From: Mytilus trossulus
Lineage: Eukaryota
Length of the DNA stretch: 64,000 bases
Reading direction: 5' to 3'
Assembly (NCBI RefSeq): GCF_036588685.1
Contig: NC_086375.1
Location: 22,878,001 to 22,942,000 of the forward strand
The notes under the pieces were generated by a model. It saw only the letters and a list, made by a program, of their open reading frames with translations. It did not search any database and was not told the DNA's origin. A program made the translations under genes and the position numbers. Position 1 is the first letter of the stretch. The number at the start of each line of letters is the position of its first letter. This document shows positions 50,101-64,000 of the stretch, one piece after another.

Positions 50101-53100
50101 CTTTTCTTGTTTTTTTATAATTTTAGGTTACTTTTCATCATACATTTGATTTTTTTCTGAATTATCACAAAATGTAACCAGAATGTTTGGGTAACCTGAA
50201 TTTTCACAGTGCATGGTTCACACATGGATAATCCTGCTTGTTGGGTAAGTTTTCATCATCATTTCTTATCAATTTTCCAGATTTAATTTTTTTTCAGATT
50301 CAAATACATGTGTAATTCCTTGTTATCTGTGTATAAAAAAAGAAGATATGGTATGATTGCCAATGAGACAACTATAATCTATTTACCTCTCTTTCTAATG
50401 CCTGTGTATTTGAAGTTAGATGAATACATTCTTCTTTACTATTTACTAAATCTCTCTCTGCTTTTTTCAATCTTCTCCTTAAATCTTCAATTTCCATTGA
50501 CATTCTGCTCTTTTCCTTAAAGAATATATATAAACTCATAAGTCACCAATAATTTAACTAATAGAGTCAACAACACTACAATTATTTCATAATTAGGTTA
50601 AATTTGTTAAATCTTTCTAAAATAACCTCAAATTTAGACTATAAGACTTTTTTTTAAATGAACTCTGTTTGAACTACTAGTTTTATAACAATTTAAGAAG
50701 ACAATTGACCACTAGCCTTTGTTTTATTATAAATGTATTGTCACCTACCTGTTTTGTCTCTACCGCATGTTCTTCAAATGCCTTCTTTGTTTTACTAAGT
50801 TCTAGTACAGCATGACTCTTTTGGATACTAGCATGAGTTGATTCTTGCCTGAATGTGTCATGAGCCTTTGAATTTAAAAAATATAGATTATTCATACTTG
50901 TACATCTTTTCTGTATGCAAAAAGCATGAGAAAGTCATTTTGTAAATTTCTTTACTGTTTTAACTTGAATTGAGTTTCATTTAGTAAATATTTTTTTTCT
51001 TTTCAGATACCTATAGCAGATAAAAATACCATGTTGCATGGGTTCGTTTTAAGTTTTTATTACAATTGAGGATGGCATTAAATGTGCAAGCAACTTTTTC
51101 ATAGTATGTATATAAATCATTTGTGAAGTATTAAATTTTTTTAATTTTTTTTTTTATCTTTTTAACTTTTTTTTTATCAACTCTGTGTGTGACTGTAAAT
51201 GATTAGTATGTGACTTCTAAGCGTGCTGTATATATTTTTGTATCAGAATCAGTATTTTCAGCTTATCAATAACTTACAATAGATGATTCTTTGTCAAATC
51301 TTTTCAGTTGTAACTTTGTTTCATCTAATTCTCCAATCAGAGCCACTTTGTCTCGAGACAGCTTCTCTAACTCTGCGGACCATGCTGCATTCTTTTCTAA
51401 AGTCTCCCTCAGCTGTTAAATAACAAAACTTTTAAACTTCTTTATACTGCCATTTTGTTCCTTTATCATTTTTATAATGATACCAAGGATACAAGATGGC
51501 AAAAGAGTTTTTTGAGACTGTATTTTTGGAGAAAATTATCATTATATCATGTGCATCTGCTATAAATTTCATTATACATGTTATAGCTTTGTTCAAACCT
51601 TTTCAAGGTGATTTAAAGATTTTAAGTCACATCTTTAAATCATTATTGTCCCCTTTTCAAATTATAATTCATAAGGAAAGGATTTACATACACAAATTGA
51701 AAAGTTGAAAACCCAGCATATAACTACTTTTTTCTATATTAATATTTAATTTATAACCAATCACAACTTGTTTCTTCTATCAATAAAAAAAATCAAATTT
51801 CCTTAATGATTAAATGGTTTCATAAATAAACTAGCAATACCTTAGCATTCAGTTCATCCACCAGAAGTTTATTTTCTCTACGGACTGATTCTCTCTCCTC
51901 ATGTAGTCTAGCTTGAGTATCAAGAATACTCCTATCAAACCTCTCTTTCATATTGTTTAATTCTTCAGCTAATTGTTCTTTCTGTACTAATGCCTTAAAT
52001 ATAACATAAAATGAAATATTACATTAACATTGTTACACCATAAATCAGCCAAATCTCAATAATGGTCTTGCATCTGGTCATTTGAATTTAATAAAAATTA
52101 TTTCATGATTGAATCTTAATAGAATCATATTGCTGAAATAAAAACATCTGTAAACTATCTAAAATAACAGTATCATTTGTCTCCAAACATACATGAAGAT
52201 TTGATAGAAAGTATGATATCTGCCAACCTACATACCTATATTAGTATCTATAGTAAAGCAGACATTACCTGTGTTTGCTCAAGCTGAGCTTGTTCTACCA
52301 GTTCAATGCCTTTCTTCATTTGTCCATAAGCTTCGTCCTCTCTATGGTTCATCTCATGTACACGAGTCTTTAAACTGGTAACCTGATCCATTAATTCATC
52401 TCTTTCCCTGTTAATTATCAACAATAAAACATACAATATATCATTGATTTTCAAAATGAATATTGAACAATCTGACATGTCTCACTATTATGAGTTTCAG
52501 TCAATGTTGGTTGATTTTAAAAACACCACTATGAAATGAATTCTGTAAGGAAAGTTGTCTGCAAACTGCAATTTATTATGTTATGACAATACATGTATTT
52601 CTCTAATTAGTTATTTTTTTTGTGTTCATTTTTTTTTTTATTGTTTTACTATATTTTTTTTATCTCTGTATATTTAACCATGGCACCACAAAAATATATT
52701 AAAACTTAAAGCTTACAAAAAAAAAAATCTGTTTGCCTTATTTCCAAAAATTCTGCTTGTATAATGTCTATAATTTCTACAGGCCTTCATAACATTTGAA
52801 TTGAGTTTCTGACTTTAATATCATTGCAAAAACTTTTAAAAGTTCAAATCAGCAATAAAAAGTCTTTTAAGAAGTACATTTTTTGTTTGTTTATTGCTAT
52901 TTCATATGTGTCTTCACTCCATTTATTCTAAATGATTGGTTAATATCAATCAAAAACAAATACCAGGGGAATGTCAAACCTGTCTTTGTTCTCAATATGC
53001 TTTGAAATTTTAGTTTTAAACTGAAGAAATATTCTGTCATATTATTTCCTCTTGGAGAAATATTACAGTATTAGTTCATGACAGAATAAAGATTATAGAA

Positions 53101-56100
53101 AATTTGTTGGTGTTGGTTGTCCTTTTTGTAATTGTAATTTTTCATATCTTTTTTTATTGTCTCCTATATTTAACATAAAATAAATACCTTGTCAAAGAGT
53201 TTATAGTATGTACATGGAAAGAATTGTGACCATCAGCATAAGGTAGGAATCCATTATCTCTTGTTGGAATGGAGTCATGAACACGGAGTTGTGATTTGTA
53301 ATCTTCAATCATCTGTTCATATTTCTGTATTTCTGACCTATATCAGAAATAATTAGATATGGTAGTACTCACACATTTCAGATATCATGGTAAATATCAA
53401 ACTTGTTCATATTCTTTCATAAAATGATCTACAAATCTAAAAGCTTGCATAATTTTTTGGAATCATATTTTTCATTTTATATGTTGATCTTCACTTAATA
53501 AAATCATTACATAACAAATTTGGAACACCCAGTTTAAGACTGGTTTGCATTTTTAATACCTGTTCAAACACAGGTTTTCGAAAACAGATTTTATAAATCA
53601 AAATGTTCAAATTAAAACTGAGTTCCTATTTGAAGAAAAATACACCACAATTTCTTCTGTGCAAATAAATATTTCTTTTAGTTTAAACCTATTTTATGCT
53701 AAACATAAATTTAGAACAAATGCACACAGACAAATTAAAGATGACTGCTGTCTAATCATCTGTAATGATATCTGTTAATATATGCTTATTGATTAATGTC
53801 TTTATATGTAAAATCATAAGGATCAATCAAGCATCAAATATACACCCTCAGAGTGTACCGCTCTTTGAGAGGAAAATAAAAAATTTGAGAACCACATATG
53901 AACTCATACTCCATTGCCATTCTTTTCTAAAGATTTTTGCATTGCCTTTTTTTGTAAAGATGTTAACAAAAACCCGGAACCTGTGTCTTAAAACTTGGTA
54001 CTGAGAACTCTGAGTACAAAATGTGTGCTTGAAACACCAAATCCAGCATTTAGATGGTTTGATTCATAATTCAAATACAACAATTGTACTGAAAATTTTA
54101 TGACCCCAAGGCCAGAACCCCACCTTGAATGTTCTAACTGTACTTCCAATCTGTTACATTTAGCTGCATGTAGAGAGTTCAACCTTTCCTATAAAATAAA
54201 AAAAAATCACACTTTGAGTTATACATGTAACATGAACAGATATGTTTAATTCATTTTCTTTCTCTTCAGTTATTGGAACTTCAATTAAAAAGTGTACATG
54301 TGGAACAGAAATTATGTTCCTTTTTGCACAAGTTGAGTTCTCAAACTTAAACTATTTCCTCATTATCTGTGCTGGAGTTGTGTGTATCAAGATTGAAGTT
54401 ATAAGTTAACTCCCCTTAACATTTGAGGCTAATTTTCCGTTATGAACTCACTCAGGTAGTGTTCTATAAATATGGTCACAAATAATATTTTCCATATTTC
54501 TTGTGTCTGAATTATGAATTTTTATATCTGCAAAAATGTAGGTCCTGAATGATAAACCAGAAAGCATACAAATCATATATATATTTTTTTTTATCATATC
54601 TTACCATTTCAACTTGTATGTTTTTTAATTCTCTTTTCTGAAAGATTCTTCCTCCTGTTTCTTCCATGAACAAATCATCCAACTAGAAAAACAAAAGAAA
54701 GTTCATATTCAAATAAGTTTTAAAAGGATTTTTTAACTGCCTTTTTATTTTATTGTTTGAGGGATTGAATTGCTGTCTAAAGGGTCCAGTGTATACCTGT
54801 ATCTCTTTCATTCATACTTTCAAGCTAAGCTCTGCACTTGACCTCATTTTTGGAATATCAGTATTAATTATAAGATCTTTCTTTGAACCAATCAAGCTCA
54901 AGGGTTAGCTTTGTATAAAATTCATTTGTAAAATAAAAGAAGATCTAAGGCTGCAGTGAACTTATTCATGACACAAAAGCTCTTCAACAAATTAAAGTAA
55001 CAGAGGTGTTGTTGCTACATTTTTTTGTATTTTCCATCTCTATGTTTACAGTGGTATCTCCAAAATGGAGCATTAAATCAAACCTTTCTTCAAATTCAAG
55101 ACATCACCTTGAGTCTATTTATTTTAACATAAAATCTGATCATTGAAGACTGACACAGGGATAATGTATAATATTCTAGTTAGTACAATGTAACCCATAC
55201 AAAAGGTTGATAGAACATTTTTGAAACTTGTTAATCATAACAATGTGCTATTGACATCTATGATTTGAAACTGATCAGACTTTATTCCCTCTCTTTTGTA
55301 TAATACCTTGTGTATTTCTTTATCATCTCCCATGATTTCTTGTAAAACACTTGACTTCAGTTCTTCATGAAGACGTTTATTCTCTTCAATCAGCTCACTC
55401 AATCTAGCTCTCATTGCAAACAGCTCATCCTGAATAAAACAATATTAACATTATAGTACAATCTCAATAAGAAATGTTCTTTTATTTCTCTTGATTTTTT
55501 ATATTCTTAATGTCATAGAGTTTGATATTTATTTTTACAAAAACTATTTTACATATTTGTTTCTTTTATTTTTTTACACATATAAGGCCGTTAGTTTTCT
55601 CGCTTGAATTGTTTTACATTGTCTTATTGGGGCCTTTTATAGCTGACAATATGCGGTATGGGCTTTGCTCATTGTTGAAGGCTGTACAGTGACCTATAAT
55701 TGTTAATGCTTGTGTCATTTTTGTCTTTTGTGGATAGTTGTCTCATTGGCAATCATACCACATCTTCTTTTTTATATATTGTTTTCTAATAAAAAAATTC
55801 TATATTATCAACATAAACAATATTTTGAAAATTGATTGCATTAGTTTTCTTTGTTATTGAATTGATATCTCAGATAGACAGGACAACAATTGTATTCCAT
55901 GCAACTTTTTTAGCATTTTTTATTTAGGTATGCTAAGACAATTTTTCTATATTGTTTCTAAGGTTTTGCTTGTAAGCGCTGCAGAAATTTTGAATATACC
56001 AGTAATCTCTACAGCATTTATATTGTAGTTAAGGCTTTTCCATTTGAATCATAGTTTGCACATGGAATATAGTTTCACTATTTATTAGAAAACATCTTAA

Positions 56101-59100
56101 TTTCACCTTGCAGTATCTATTTTCTGATTCTAGTTGATACATATAGTCTGTCTGTGTTTGTACAATAACAGCCAACTCCTCTGATGATGGCAACCCTGAC
56201 CTCTGTTCTGGACTGCCTGATGGTGGCAACCTCTACAAATTAAAGAAAGTGATCAAACTTTGTGTGTATGAAGTATAAACACATGTATGATTAAAAGATG
56301 TGGATCACCTGATAAAAAAGCACAATCAAAAGACAGACATTTTAACAAAGCTTTAAGTAAAAGTCACATAAAATAGAAATGTCAGGCTTGAAATACAAGT
56401 CTTATTCAATTAGATAAATAAATGTATAAGAAGATGTGGTATGAGTGCCAATGAGACAACTCTCCCTCCAAGTCATAATTCTGCTATTGAACTTGCACTG
56501 GTCCACTTTATATTTATTCATGGGTGGCAGATCTTTAATAGTCAATCTTAAATCAACCACTTTTTTATGTTTGCTTTGAAAAGATTAAAGTCTTTTAATT
56601 TTTTGTGCAATTAAAGATTTTAATCTGCATCCAAAATGCAAGTTATTTTTTTTTTTTTACTGTGACAGTTACATTCCTATTATACATGGATTATACATGT
56701 AATTATATATTAACGTTTGAATAGTTTGTTTTTAAACATGTACATGTAACAAACAAAAAGTTAAACTATGCTTAAAAGGAAGTCAAGTATATAAATGTTC
56801 TTGAACTATAAATCTTACCTGTGGCTCATGACCCAAGATTTGGTTGAGTTGACTAGCTGCATCTTTATACTTTGTGGGGCGATTATTTTCTTCATACCAT
56901 TTCAAAGTACGAGGATGTAACACAGATTCTAGCTGGTGTTTAGCTTGAGATTGCAGTGTTGTATGATGTGAAGTTCCTTGTAAAATATCCTCTAGTTCAT
57001 GCAAACTTACATTTGCTCTGTCTAAAAAACAAAATACAAATAACTAAAATAAGTGTTGGTTGCAAACATCTATTTCAAAATTCCCTTTTCATATACATCA
57101 CTGTCAGACTGTCTTACAACTTATATATTGAACTGGGAAATGTTTGCAACAGCTTTATTTTCTCTAATCTCATAAAAGATAGGGAAAATGATCTTTAGGG
57201 TAAATCAGAATAAGAGCAACAAAAGGGGTATACAATAAGAAATATTAGATTTGGTCAGACATTTCACAATATTTATTATTATTCAAACAATAAAATTGAG
57301 AATGGAAATGGGGAATGTGTCAAAGAGACAACAACCCGACCAAAATAAAAAACAACAGCAGAAGGTCACCAACAGGTCTTCAATGTAGCGAGAAATTCCC
57401 GAACCCAGAGGCGTCCTTCAGCTGGCCCCTAAACAAATATATACTAGTTCAGTGATAATGAATGCCATACTAATTTCCAAATTGTACACAAGAAACTAAT
57501 ATAAAAATAATACAAGACTAACAAAGGCCAGAGGCTCCTGACTTGGGACAGGCGCAAAAATGCGGCGTGGTTAAACATGTTTGTGAGATCTCAACCCTCC
57601 CCCTATACCTCTAACCAATGTAGAAAAATAAACGCATAACAATACGCACATTAAAATTCAGTTCAAGAGAAGTCCGAGTCTGATGTCAGAAGATGTAACC
57701 AAAGAAAATAAACAAAATGACAATAATACATAAATAACAACAGACTACTAGCAGTTAACTGACATGCCAGCTCCAGATTTCAATTAAACTGACTGAAAGA
57801 TTATGATTTCATCATATGAACCTCAGGCACAATCCTTCCCGTTAGGGGTTTAGTATCATACCATCTTAACATATATGAGAAGAGCATAACCCATGTCATG
57901 CCAACAACTGTTTTTAGAATAAATGTCTTTAGTTCCGACACAAAGACCTTATCAGTGACTCAATATTAACGCCAAAATATGCAATCTTTAATGACTTGAC
58001 AACAGTATCGTAATTATATCCCTTCTTAATCAGTCTATTTAAAGGTTTTGTAAGTTTCTGAGGTGAATACTGACACCTTTGTGCTTTATAAAGAATATTT
58101 CCATAAAAAATTGGATGTGAAATACCTGAACGTATAAAAAGTCTGCATGTTGAGCTATATTTACGAATGATGTCTTTATACCGATGATAAAATTTAGTAA
58201 AAGTTTTGACTAGTTTGTGATATCGAAAACCCTGGTGTAATAATTTTTCAGTAATACATAAATTTCTCTCGTTAAAATCTAAAACATTGTTACAAACACG
58301 AGCGAATCGTACAAGTTGAGATATATAAACACCAAATAAATATACAGTACTGCTGGTTCTAGAGTATATGTTAGTCTTTTACATTTTATGTAAATAAAAA
58401 CATCAGAAAATATTCTTAATTCATAGTGTCCAGAAGGACTTAAATTGACATGTGAACAGTGGAAGTGGAAAACTGAATCATGCTGCTCAATATGAGATCT
58501 TTCAAGATTTTTATTTATTCATTTTCATGATCTTCATCTTTTGGCTTGACTGTTTATCTGCATGAGCAATTCTGAGCAATGAGTGACTCTGCTATTTTTC
58601 TTGATGACCAGTGATTCTTTTAGAAAAAAGGTTATCATTTTATATAAAATTAGAGCTATTCATACTTCATAGATAAAAGACCAATACATGTACATTGTAA
58701 ATAAAATTGAGAATGGAAATGGGGAATACAAACTACATTTGAAAAAAAAAAATTTAACTCCAGCAAAATTTTCATAAATGAGGGGTTGTTCACATTTGCC
58801 GAGTTGTTCTCTATGAATAAATAAATTTTAAAGAGGAGGCATGCTGTCAAAAATAGTATTATAATTAAAATTAATAATTATATTTTTTTCTTTCTTTCAA
58901 TGCTACATTTAAGTCTATCATTTTACAATTAATATGCCTGTCTGCATGTCTGTCTGTTTGTTTTTGTTTTGTATTTTAGTAACAATCCAATTGTTTGGAT
59001 TTTATACTAATAAAATTCTTGTTCTTATTCTTATTTTAAATATTTGACAGTTTGTGTCTAACCAAGTAAAAAAATAAAAAATAATTTTATTAATTTATGA

Positions 59101-59675
59101 AATTAAGTTAAATATTTGAATATGTAACAATCAAGTATGTATTTATTTGCATATGAATTCATATTAAAACCGAAGGAAAAAAAGGGTTTTTGAATTGTTT
59201 GCCTATGATATTTAGAATGTTTAGTCTTAAAAATTTTAAAAGCGAAAGACTAATTAAATTGAAATGACAATTAAAATTACTAACTTTCTTTCTTTCTTAT
59301 GACAAGAGAGATTTTCCTATATCTTTACTTTTAAAGAGTGTAATAAAACATGTTCATACATGTCAGATTAAAAAAAGACATAACTTAACAACTTGTTTTG
59401 CATATTGTTGCGCATTAATGGTCAGTATTACGATTATGAAATATCCCTAAAATTAAAAACAACACAGTTATGTTATTACTGAAGGTGCTATTTTGTTTCC
59501 AAGAGAAGGTAAATCACTAAATGATACTCAGTACCACAGTAGTCTGGTAGTGGTTGACCTATTTTTTCTGAATTTCATACATTTTAAAGACTTTAGCATA
59601 TAGAACTTTTAAATTTGCACCTCTCACTGATCTATGGTAATTTTCAACTGCATCTTCATCTGTATATGCATACAT
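44141..59675 (-). CDS. SDCCAG8: Serologically defined colon cancer antigen 8 homologue (centrosomal/ciliary coiled-coil protein), 16 coding exons, 712 aa
   Basis: Exons 59675-59621, 57021-56819, 56232-56107, 55429-55307, 54682-54605, 54188-54124, 53337-53188, 52407-52269, 51993-51841, 51412-51278, 50865-50749, 50515-50387, 49767-49635, 48299-48182, 45919-45745 and 44380-44141. All introns are GT-AG with consistent phases; total 2139 nt. Segments resembling recalled vertebrate SDCCAG8: YHRSVRDRANVSLHEL, QTDYMYQLESENRYCKDEL, RERDELM...REDEAYGQMK, QNRLIGKLREEC, QHDRVHKKMTERLKMLDDH...DRQLLVREVEFLR. Confidence 0.9.
45341..45572. mobile_element. Small inverted-repeat element (MITE-like)
   Basis: aattatctcccctaaat ... 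atttaaggggagataatt form an inverted pair. Confidence 0.45.
46076..46702. mobile_element. Two nested double-palindrome non-autonomous elements (inner 46311-46637)
   Basis: Outer element: hairpin arms 46080-46110 / 46168-46198, then ttattgtatagcaatataa...ttatattgctatgcaataa. Inner element: arms ~46313-46352 / 46385-46424, then ttattccatatt...aatatggaataa. Confidence 0.7.
46879..48070. mobile_element. ~1.2-kb non-autonomous DNA transposon with CAG...CTG TIRs and 7-bp TSD
   Basis: Left end cagggttttagctag; right end ctagctaaatcactg (13/15 inverted match). GCTGAAG flanks both sides (46872-46878 and 48071-48077). Confidence 0.75.
48745..49005. mobile_element. Foldback MITE with ~75-bp inverted arms
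   Basis: aatcttttataagtaaaagtgctatcttcagtcaa...tatacagagaat pairs with attctctgtatattgattttgactgaagatagcacttttacttataaaagatt. Confidence 0.8.
57288..58300 (+). repeat. Long copy of a second abundant interspersed repeat (aataaaattgagaatggaaatggggaatgtgtcaaagagacaacaacccgacc...)
   Basis: Shorter homologous copies at ~18690-18905(-), ~21090-21170 and ~58700-58730. The right boundary is approximate. Confidence 0.7.
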
Positions 59676-59714
59676 TTTTACAAATGTGACATGAGTGGTT
59701 TTTCGTTTGTTTTC

Positions 59715-59760
59715 TTTTTACCGGAAGTTGTCGGCCTAAAATAAATCATCCAATCAACGA
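59715..59760. promoter_or_regulatory. Putative SDCCAG8 proximal promoter (ETS and CCAAT motifs)
   Basis: CCGGAAGT at 59721-59728 and CCAATC at ~59750 lie 45-80 bp upstream of the start codon, typical of TATA-less housekeeping promoters. Confidence 0.45.
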
Positions 59761-62700
59761 CTTCGTTACATTTGGCAATACATTAATGCATTTCCTGTGT
59801 ATTCAATGATCTATTGAAGCGTGAAGAAATGATAAGTCACTGTCATATTTTCTGCAAAGTGAGCAATGCAGTTATTATTTCTTGAAAATATGTAGCAGGA
59901 ATATTTTCCTCAGCAAAGTGAAATATAATGACATCGGTAAGAAATTAGTATTGACAGTAAAAACATCAACAATGTTGCTGAAGTTCAACTTCGTCTGCTA
60001 TAATTTTAAATGAGTCATTTGGTCTACAGTCAATTTTTAGTCAATTAAGTAATGAAAAAACAATTATATATATGAAATTGTTCTATTGGCATTGAAATTT
60101 ACATATAATTGAGTCAGTTTTTACATTCCTATCAAGAAAAATATCTGAAGCTTTCATAGGTTTTGTTTACTCCTTTGCTTCATCAGTCCATAGTAGTCCT
60201 TATCAAAAATATCAATTACAATGTAAACAAAATGTGTAAACATGTTGTGTAATTTGTGTAATAACCAAAAGGATAGCTACCCAACAATGTCTACTGGTAA
60301 AACAATGTAACACACAATTTAATGGTAAGCACTCAAAGAAACACTAATTAATACATTACATAATCAATATATCTTCTTCATATCTATTCTTTTAATTACA
60401 TGTACCTATAAATTATAATACGTACTGCATGGTTTGTGCTGAATAATCCAACTTACTGTGAAAAAAGCTGTCTGTTATCTTAATTAATATGTAAATATGG
60501 ACAGAATTTCAAAGTAAATTGGTCATCAAAGTAAGAATCTTAAAAAAATAAGATTGCTTATAGTTATTGTATTGATCTATGATTATAGAATGACATCTAA
60601 AGGGCAATGTTTACTGAATGTAATACTTTGTATAATAAATTGGTAGTTACCAGTCTTTTGAAATGATGGGCATAGGCATAGTCAGCATGTACACAGACAT
60701 AACAGGTGCAGATTGGTCTCTAATAAGTAGTTCATCTACTGTCTTTCAAACTTGCCAACTTGGCAGGTGCTTCCAACTGCAAGCTTGATTGACCAGGATT
60801 GTCAGTTTGAGGTTCTTTATGAACACAGGCTTCCTCCATAAATAATAGCTGATCCCACAAAATAGCCTATATGCATGTACATATATACATGATACATGTA
60901 TAAAGTTTATATCATGTATATATGTAGAAGTGTTTAAATTGCCATTTGGTGTGAGCCAAATCTCTAGGTTGTAGACTGTACCAATTATGGTTTGCATTTA
61001 CAAATTGGGACTTGGATGGAAAGTTGTCTCATTAGCTTCACACCACATATTTTGTATCTTTAAAACACCAACAGTCATTCAATCTTCTGAAATTTTTGAA
61101 GATGATTCCTTATACTTTTTATTAGGTTTACAACATGTACAAAATGTAGGTATTGTAAAACCCAGGGTCCAACCCATTATTTAGCCATAGAAAACGTCAT
61201 GCACCAATTAAGTCATGCACATGACAGTCTTTTTGCATTTTTTCCATTCTAGAGATTCATACGTACTTCCTTGGTACATTTGTAGTGTTTTTACTATTTT
61301 AGTAATATAAAGATCATAAGCTTGAAGATTTTTGTGAGTGGCTAAATAGAATGATTGGGTTAAGGACTCATTTTGTATTATAAGAAATAAAATGAAAGAT
61401 ACTGGAAACTCTTCATCACGAATGGTACTATAAATACAACTGCAAATATATGTATAAAAATCTCTTACATAACATTGGAAAAACTCCAGCTTCCTCACAG
61501 TTTTTAGGTTATTGGCTGTCTACTGGAAACAGACAATGACTAGAAAATTTCTTTGTACTAGATGTTCTGTGATTGAACAAAATTGCTTACAAATGAAAGC
61601 ATGTCATTTCTGTCATACCGAACACATCAGAAGTGTAGAATCATCTCAGTTCTTAATCCCAAACAACTGTGTTATATAACAAGGATTTTGAAAACCAACA
61701 TGAGGCAGTTTTTTTTTTGTTATGGCTGTATTGAAGGAAAAAAAGGGCAATGATTTCAAAAGATTTATTTTTGTATTTACATTTATTCCATGTATAGTGT
61801 ACACAAAATAAACATGATAAACACTTATTTAACTGGTCTAATATTGTATGTGATCACATTAAAGCTGAAGAATTTTGTCAGTTTTCAATATCTTCTAAAT
61901 GAGTATATTTTTTTTTAAATGCTAGGGAGGGGGAGTGTCATGAGCTATTAGTGTTCAGTCTTATTTCAATTTGAGAAAAGTTTGGTCACATGCATCATTT
62001 ACAATGATTAAAGAGGTTTTTTTCTGCTGACATAAATGTAGAGCTGGTTTATCAATTCTTGTAAGAACCATGCATGTACAAATGGATTAAGGTGGCAGAT
62101 AATTATTTAGAAATACATGTAATAATTATATTTTTTAAGTACATACTGAACATGCTGAATGAAAGAAACTCATACATGTGCTTTTTATGGATTTATTCTC
62201 TACAACATACATGTACATGACATGTATATTCAAGAAGAAAAAAAGAAAAATCTTGGTTTTTTAAAATATATTTTTTTGTTTTTGTTTAAGTTACTTCTAA
62301 ACCACCCACTCTTTGAGATAACACATTTACTAAGGACAAGTATAGTTTTAATCCACTGACAATGACTGACATCATCATAAAAATATTAGCATAAAAAAGA
62401 AGAAATCAGATTTCTAATTTTGAAATCATTCACAATTTGTCTGAGTATTTGAAATAAACTTTATAGTTCACACAAGGTAAACTCTTACTGGTGGTGTTGA
62501 TTATGATTTAAGGCATTGAAATGTAATTGAAGGTGACAACACTCTGAATTACGACCCTAATGTCTTTTGAATACACATAAATAAATATTTCAGAATGAAT
62601 AACCCTAAATAACCTGCATATACTGTGAGAAACCACCACAAAAGTGATGTTTAATGGAATTAACTTATGTACCCTGTATTGTGTACTTTAATGTTCTGTG

Positions 62701-64000
62701 ATATTACATAATATTTTATCTTCAAATCAGTAAATGAATGGATTTATTTTTGTAGGTAAAAGAGGAACAAATTTATCCCTGTAGGGATAAATAATTCAAA
62801 ATCAAATAAATTTTCTGTATTGCACAATTTTATGCATATATTATAGTACATGTATATATCTTGAGGGTTTAAACATATATAATATTCAAGGTATGGAACC
62901 TTTGAATATTGCAAATTTATGTTTTAGTAGATTTAAAGCTGAAGTCAAAAAGATTTTTGTTGATGGATAGTTTTTTTGTGTTCCATTTATATTCCAAATT
63001 ATTCCATATACTTTTCAAGGCACACATGAAAGAATCTGTTACCTAATTCATGAACAGTAACATATTTATAGGCCATCATGTTGGAATGGTTTTGTCTGTT
63101 ACTTACAAATAACGTATGGTAGTGACTATTTTGAACAATAGAACTTCAATTCCCATAACCAAAAAGCCCTATCCTATACATTGGAATTAAACTTTTTTTT
63201 ATTGAAAAATGGAAACACTTTTGTGAACATGAAGGGCATCAAATATACAATGACGGCCATCCAACGACCAATGCCACTTAAACTCAGGTTGATAGTTGTC
63301 TCATTGGCAAGTCAAACCACATCTTTTTATTTTTATATTGCTACTTTAGTCACTTTTAAGTGTATCTGATAAGTCAAAATGAAAATAAAAAAAAAATATG
63401 TATAGATAGAGAATACACTGCTTTGGTCTCATTATGAGTGTGCAAGCAATAGAATTTCTATCGTGGAGTGAACATATGTTCCTACGTGTTTACAATATGT
63501 ATGATGGCTGTCATGGTATAATTACACATCAAATTATCAAAGAAATTGTTGTATACTTTAATCTTATTAATTGAAAAACTATGTAATCGAAAATATGTCA
63601 TAATGCACTACATAATTTTATTCATTATACATATGTATTTATTCCTGCTCATATGGTTTTGTAATGAAATGTAAAAAAACATTTCCTTGGGGACTGACAT
63701 ATGAAATTACCTATATCAATGCTGGTGAATTTTAGATATGATTTAGATGAAATATTCTTTTCATGTGAATATCAACAACCTCATATATTAAACGTAGATA
63801 TGATTACATCATGGTAATAATCTCTTTTGTCTATATGCATTGTGTGTTTTGTATTGGAAGATCTAAATGTTCAGTGAAGTGGAACGGTAATTGCCGATAA
63901 GAAAAGGAACAACTGTTGATAGTATACTTGTTTAAAATCTGATAATCTTGACAAATATAAAGATTAATGAATGGTTGAGTATTTCTGTGTCGAAAGGTCA

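Noticed and set aside
57925-57962. Possible hammerhead core on the minus strand (cactgataaggtc...ggaac)
   Set aside because: The core is non-canonical, with no CUGANGA or GAAA and no convincing stems.
60000-64000. Short ORFs of 60-96 aa
   Set aside because: No recognisable motifs and no phase-consistent exon chain; this looks like intronic or intergenic DNA with repeat fragments.

Overview
AT-rich eukaryotic genomic DNA with GT-AG introns. It is most likely from a bivalve mollusc such as Mytilus; this is inferred from recalled repeat families and gene content, not from a search. Genes reconstructed by hand, with splice phases checked: (1) a 5-exon ependymin-related protein (EPDR) gene on +, 4424-8389, 192 aa; (2) a 5-exon orphan gene on -, 19692-15055, about 347 aa, acidic at the N-terminus and Lys/Glu-rich at the C-terminus; (3) an intronless 218-aa ORF of unknown function on -; (4) two tandem intronless B-box plus beta-propeller (TRIM/NHL-like) genes inside a ~5.5-kb direct duplication; (5) a 16-exon SDCCAG8 orthologue on -, 59675-44141, 712 aa. 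The rest is dense with mobile DNA: a 3.9-kb Helentron/HINE-like cluster whose layout suggests serial self-nesting, decayed LINE, Gypsy and Penelope-like RT remnants, decayed hammerhead ribozyme remnants, a tRNA-derived SINE, and several MITEs with readable TIRs and TSDs. There is no CRISPR array, rRNA or true tRNA. I found no clearly new biological system. The most unusual observations are the HINE stack, the young B-box/propeller duplicate, the orphan gene and a minisatellite made from a splice-donor junction.
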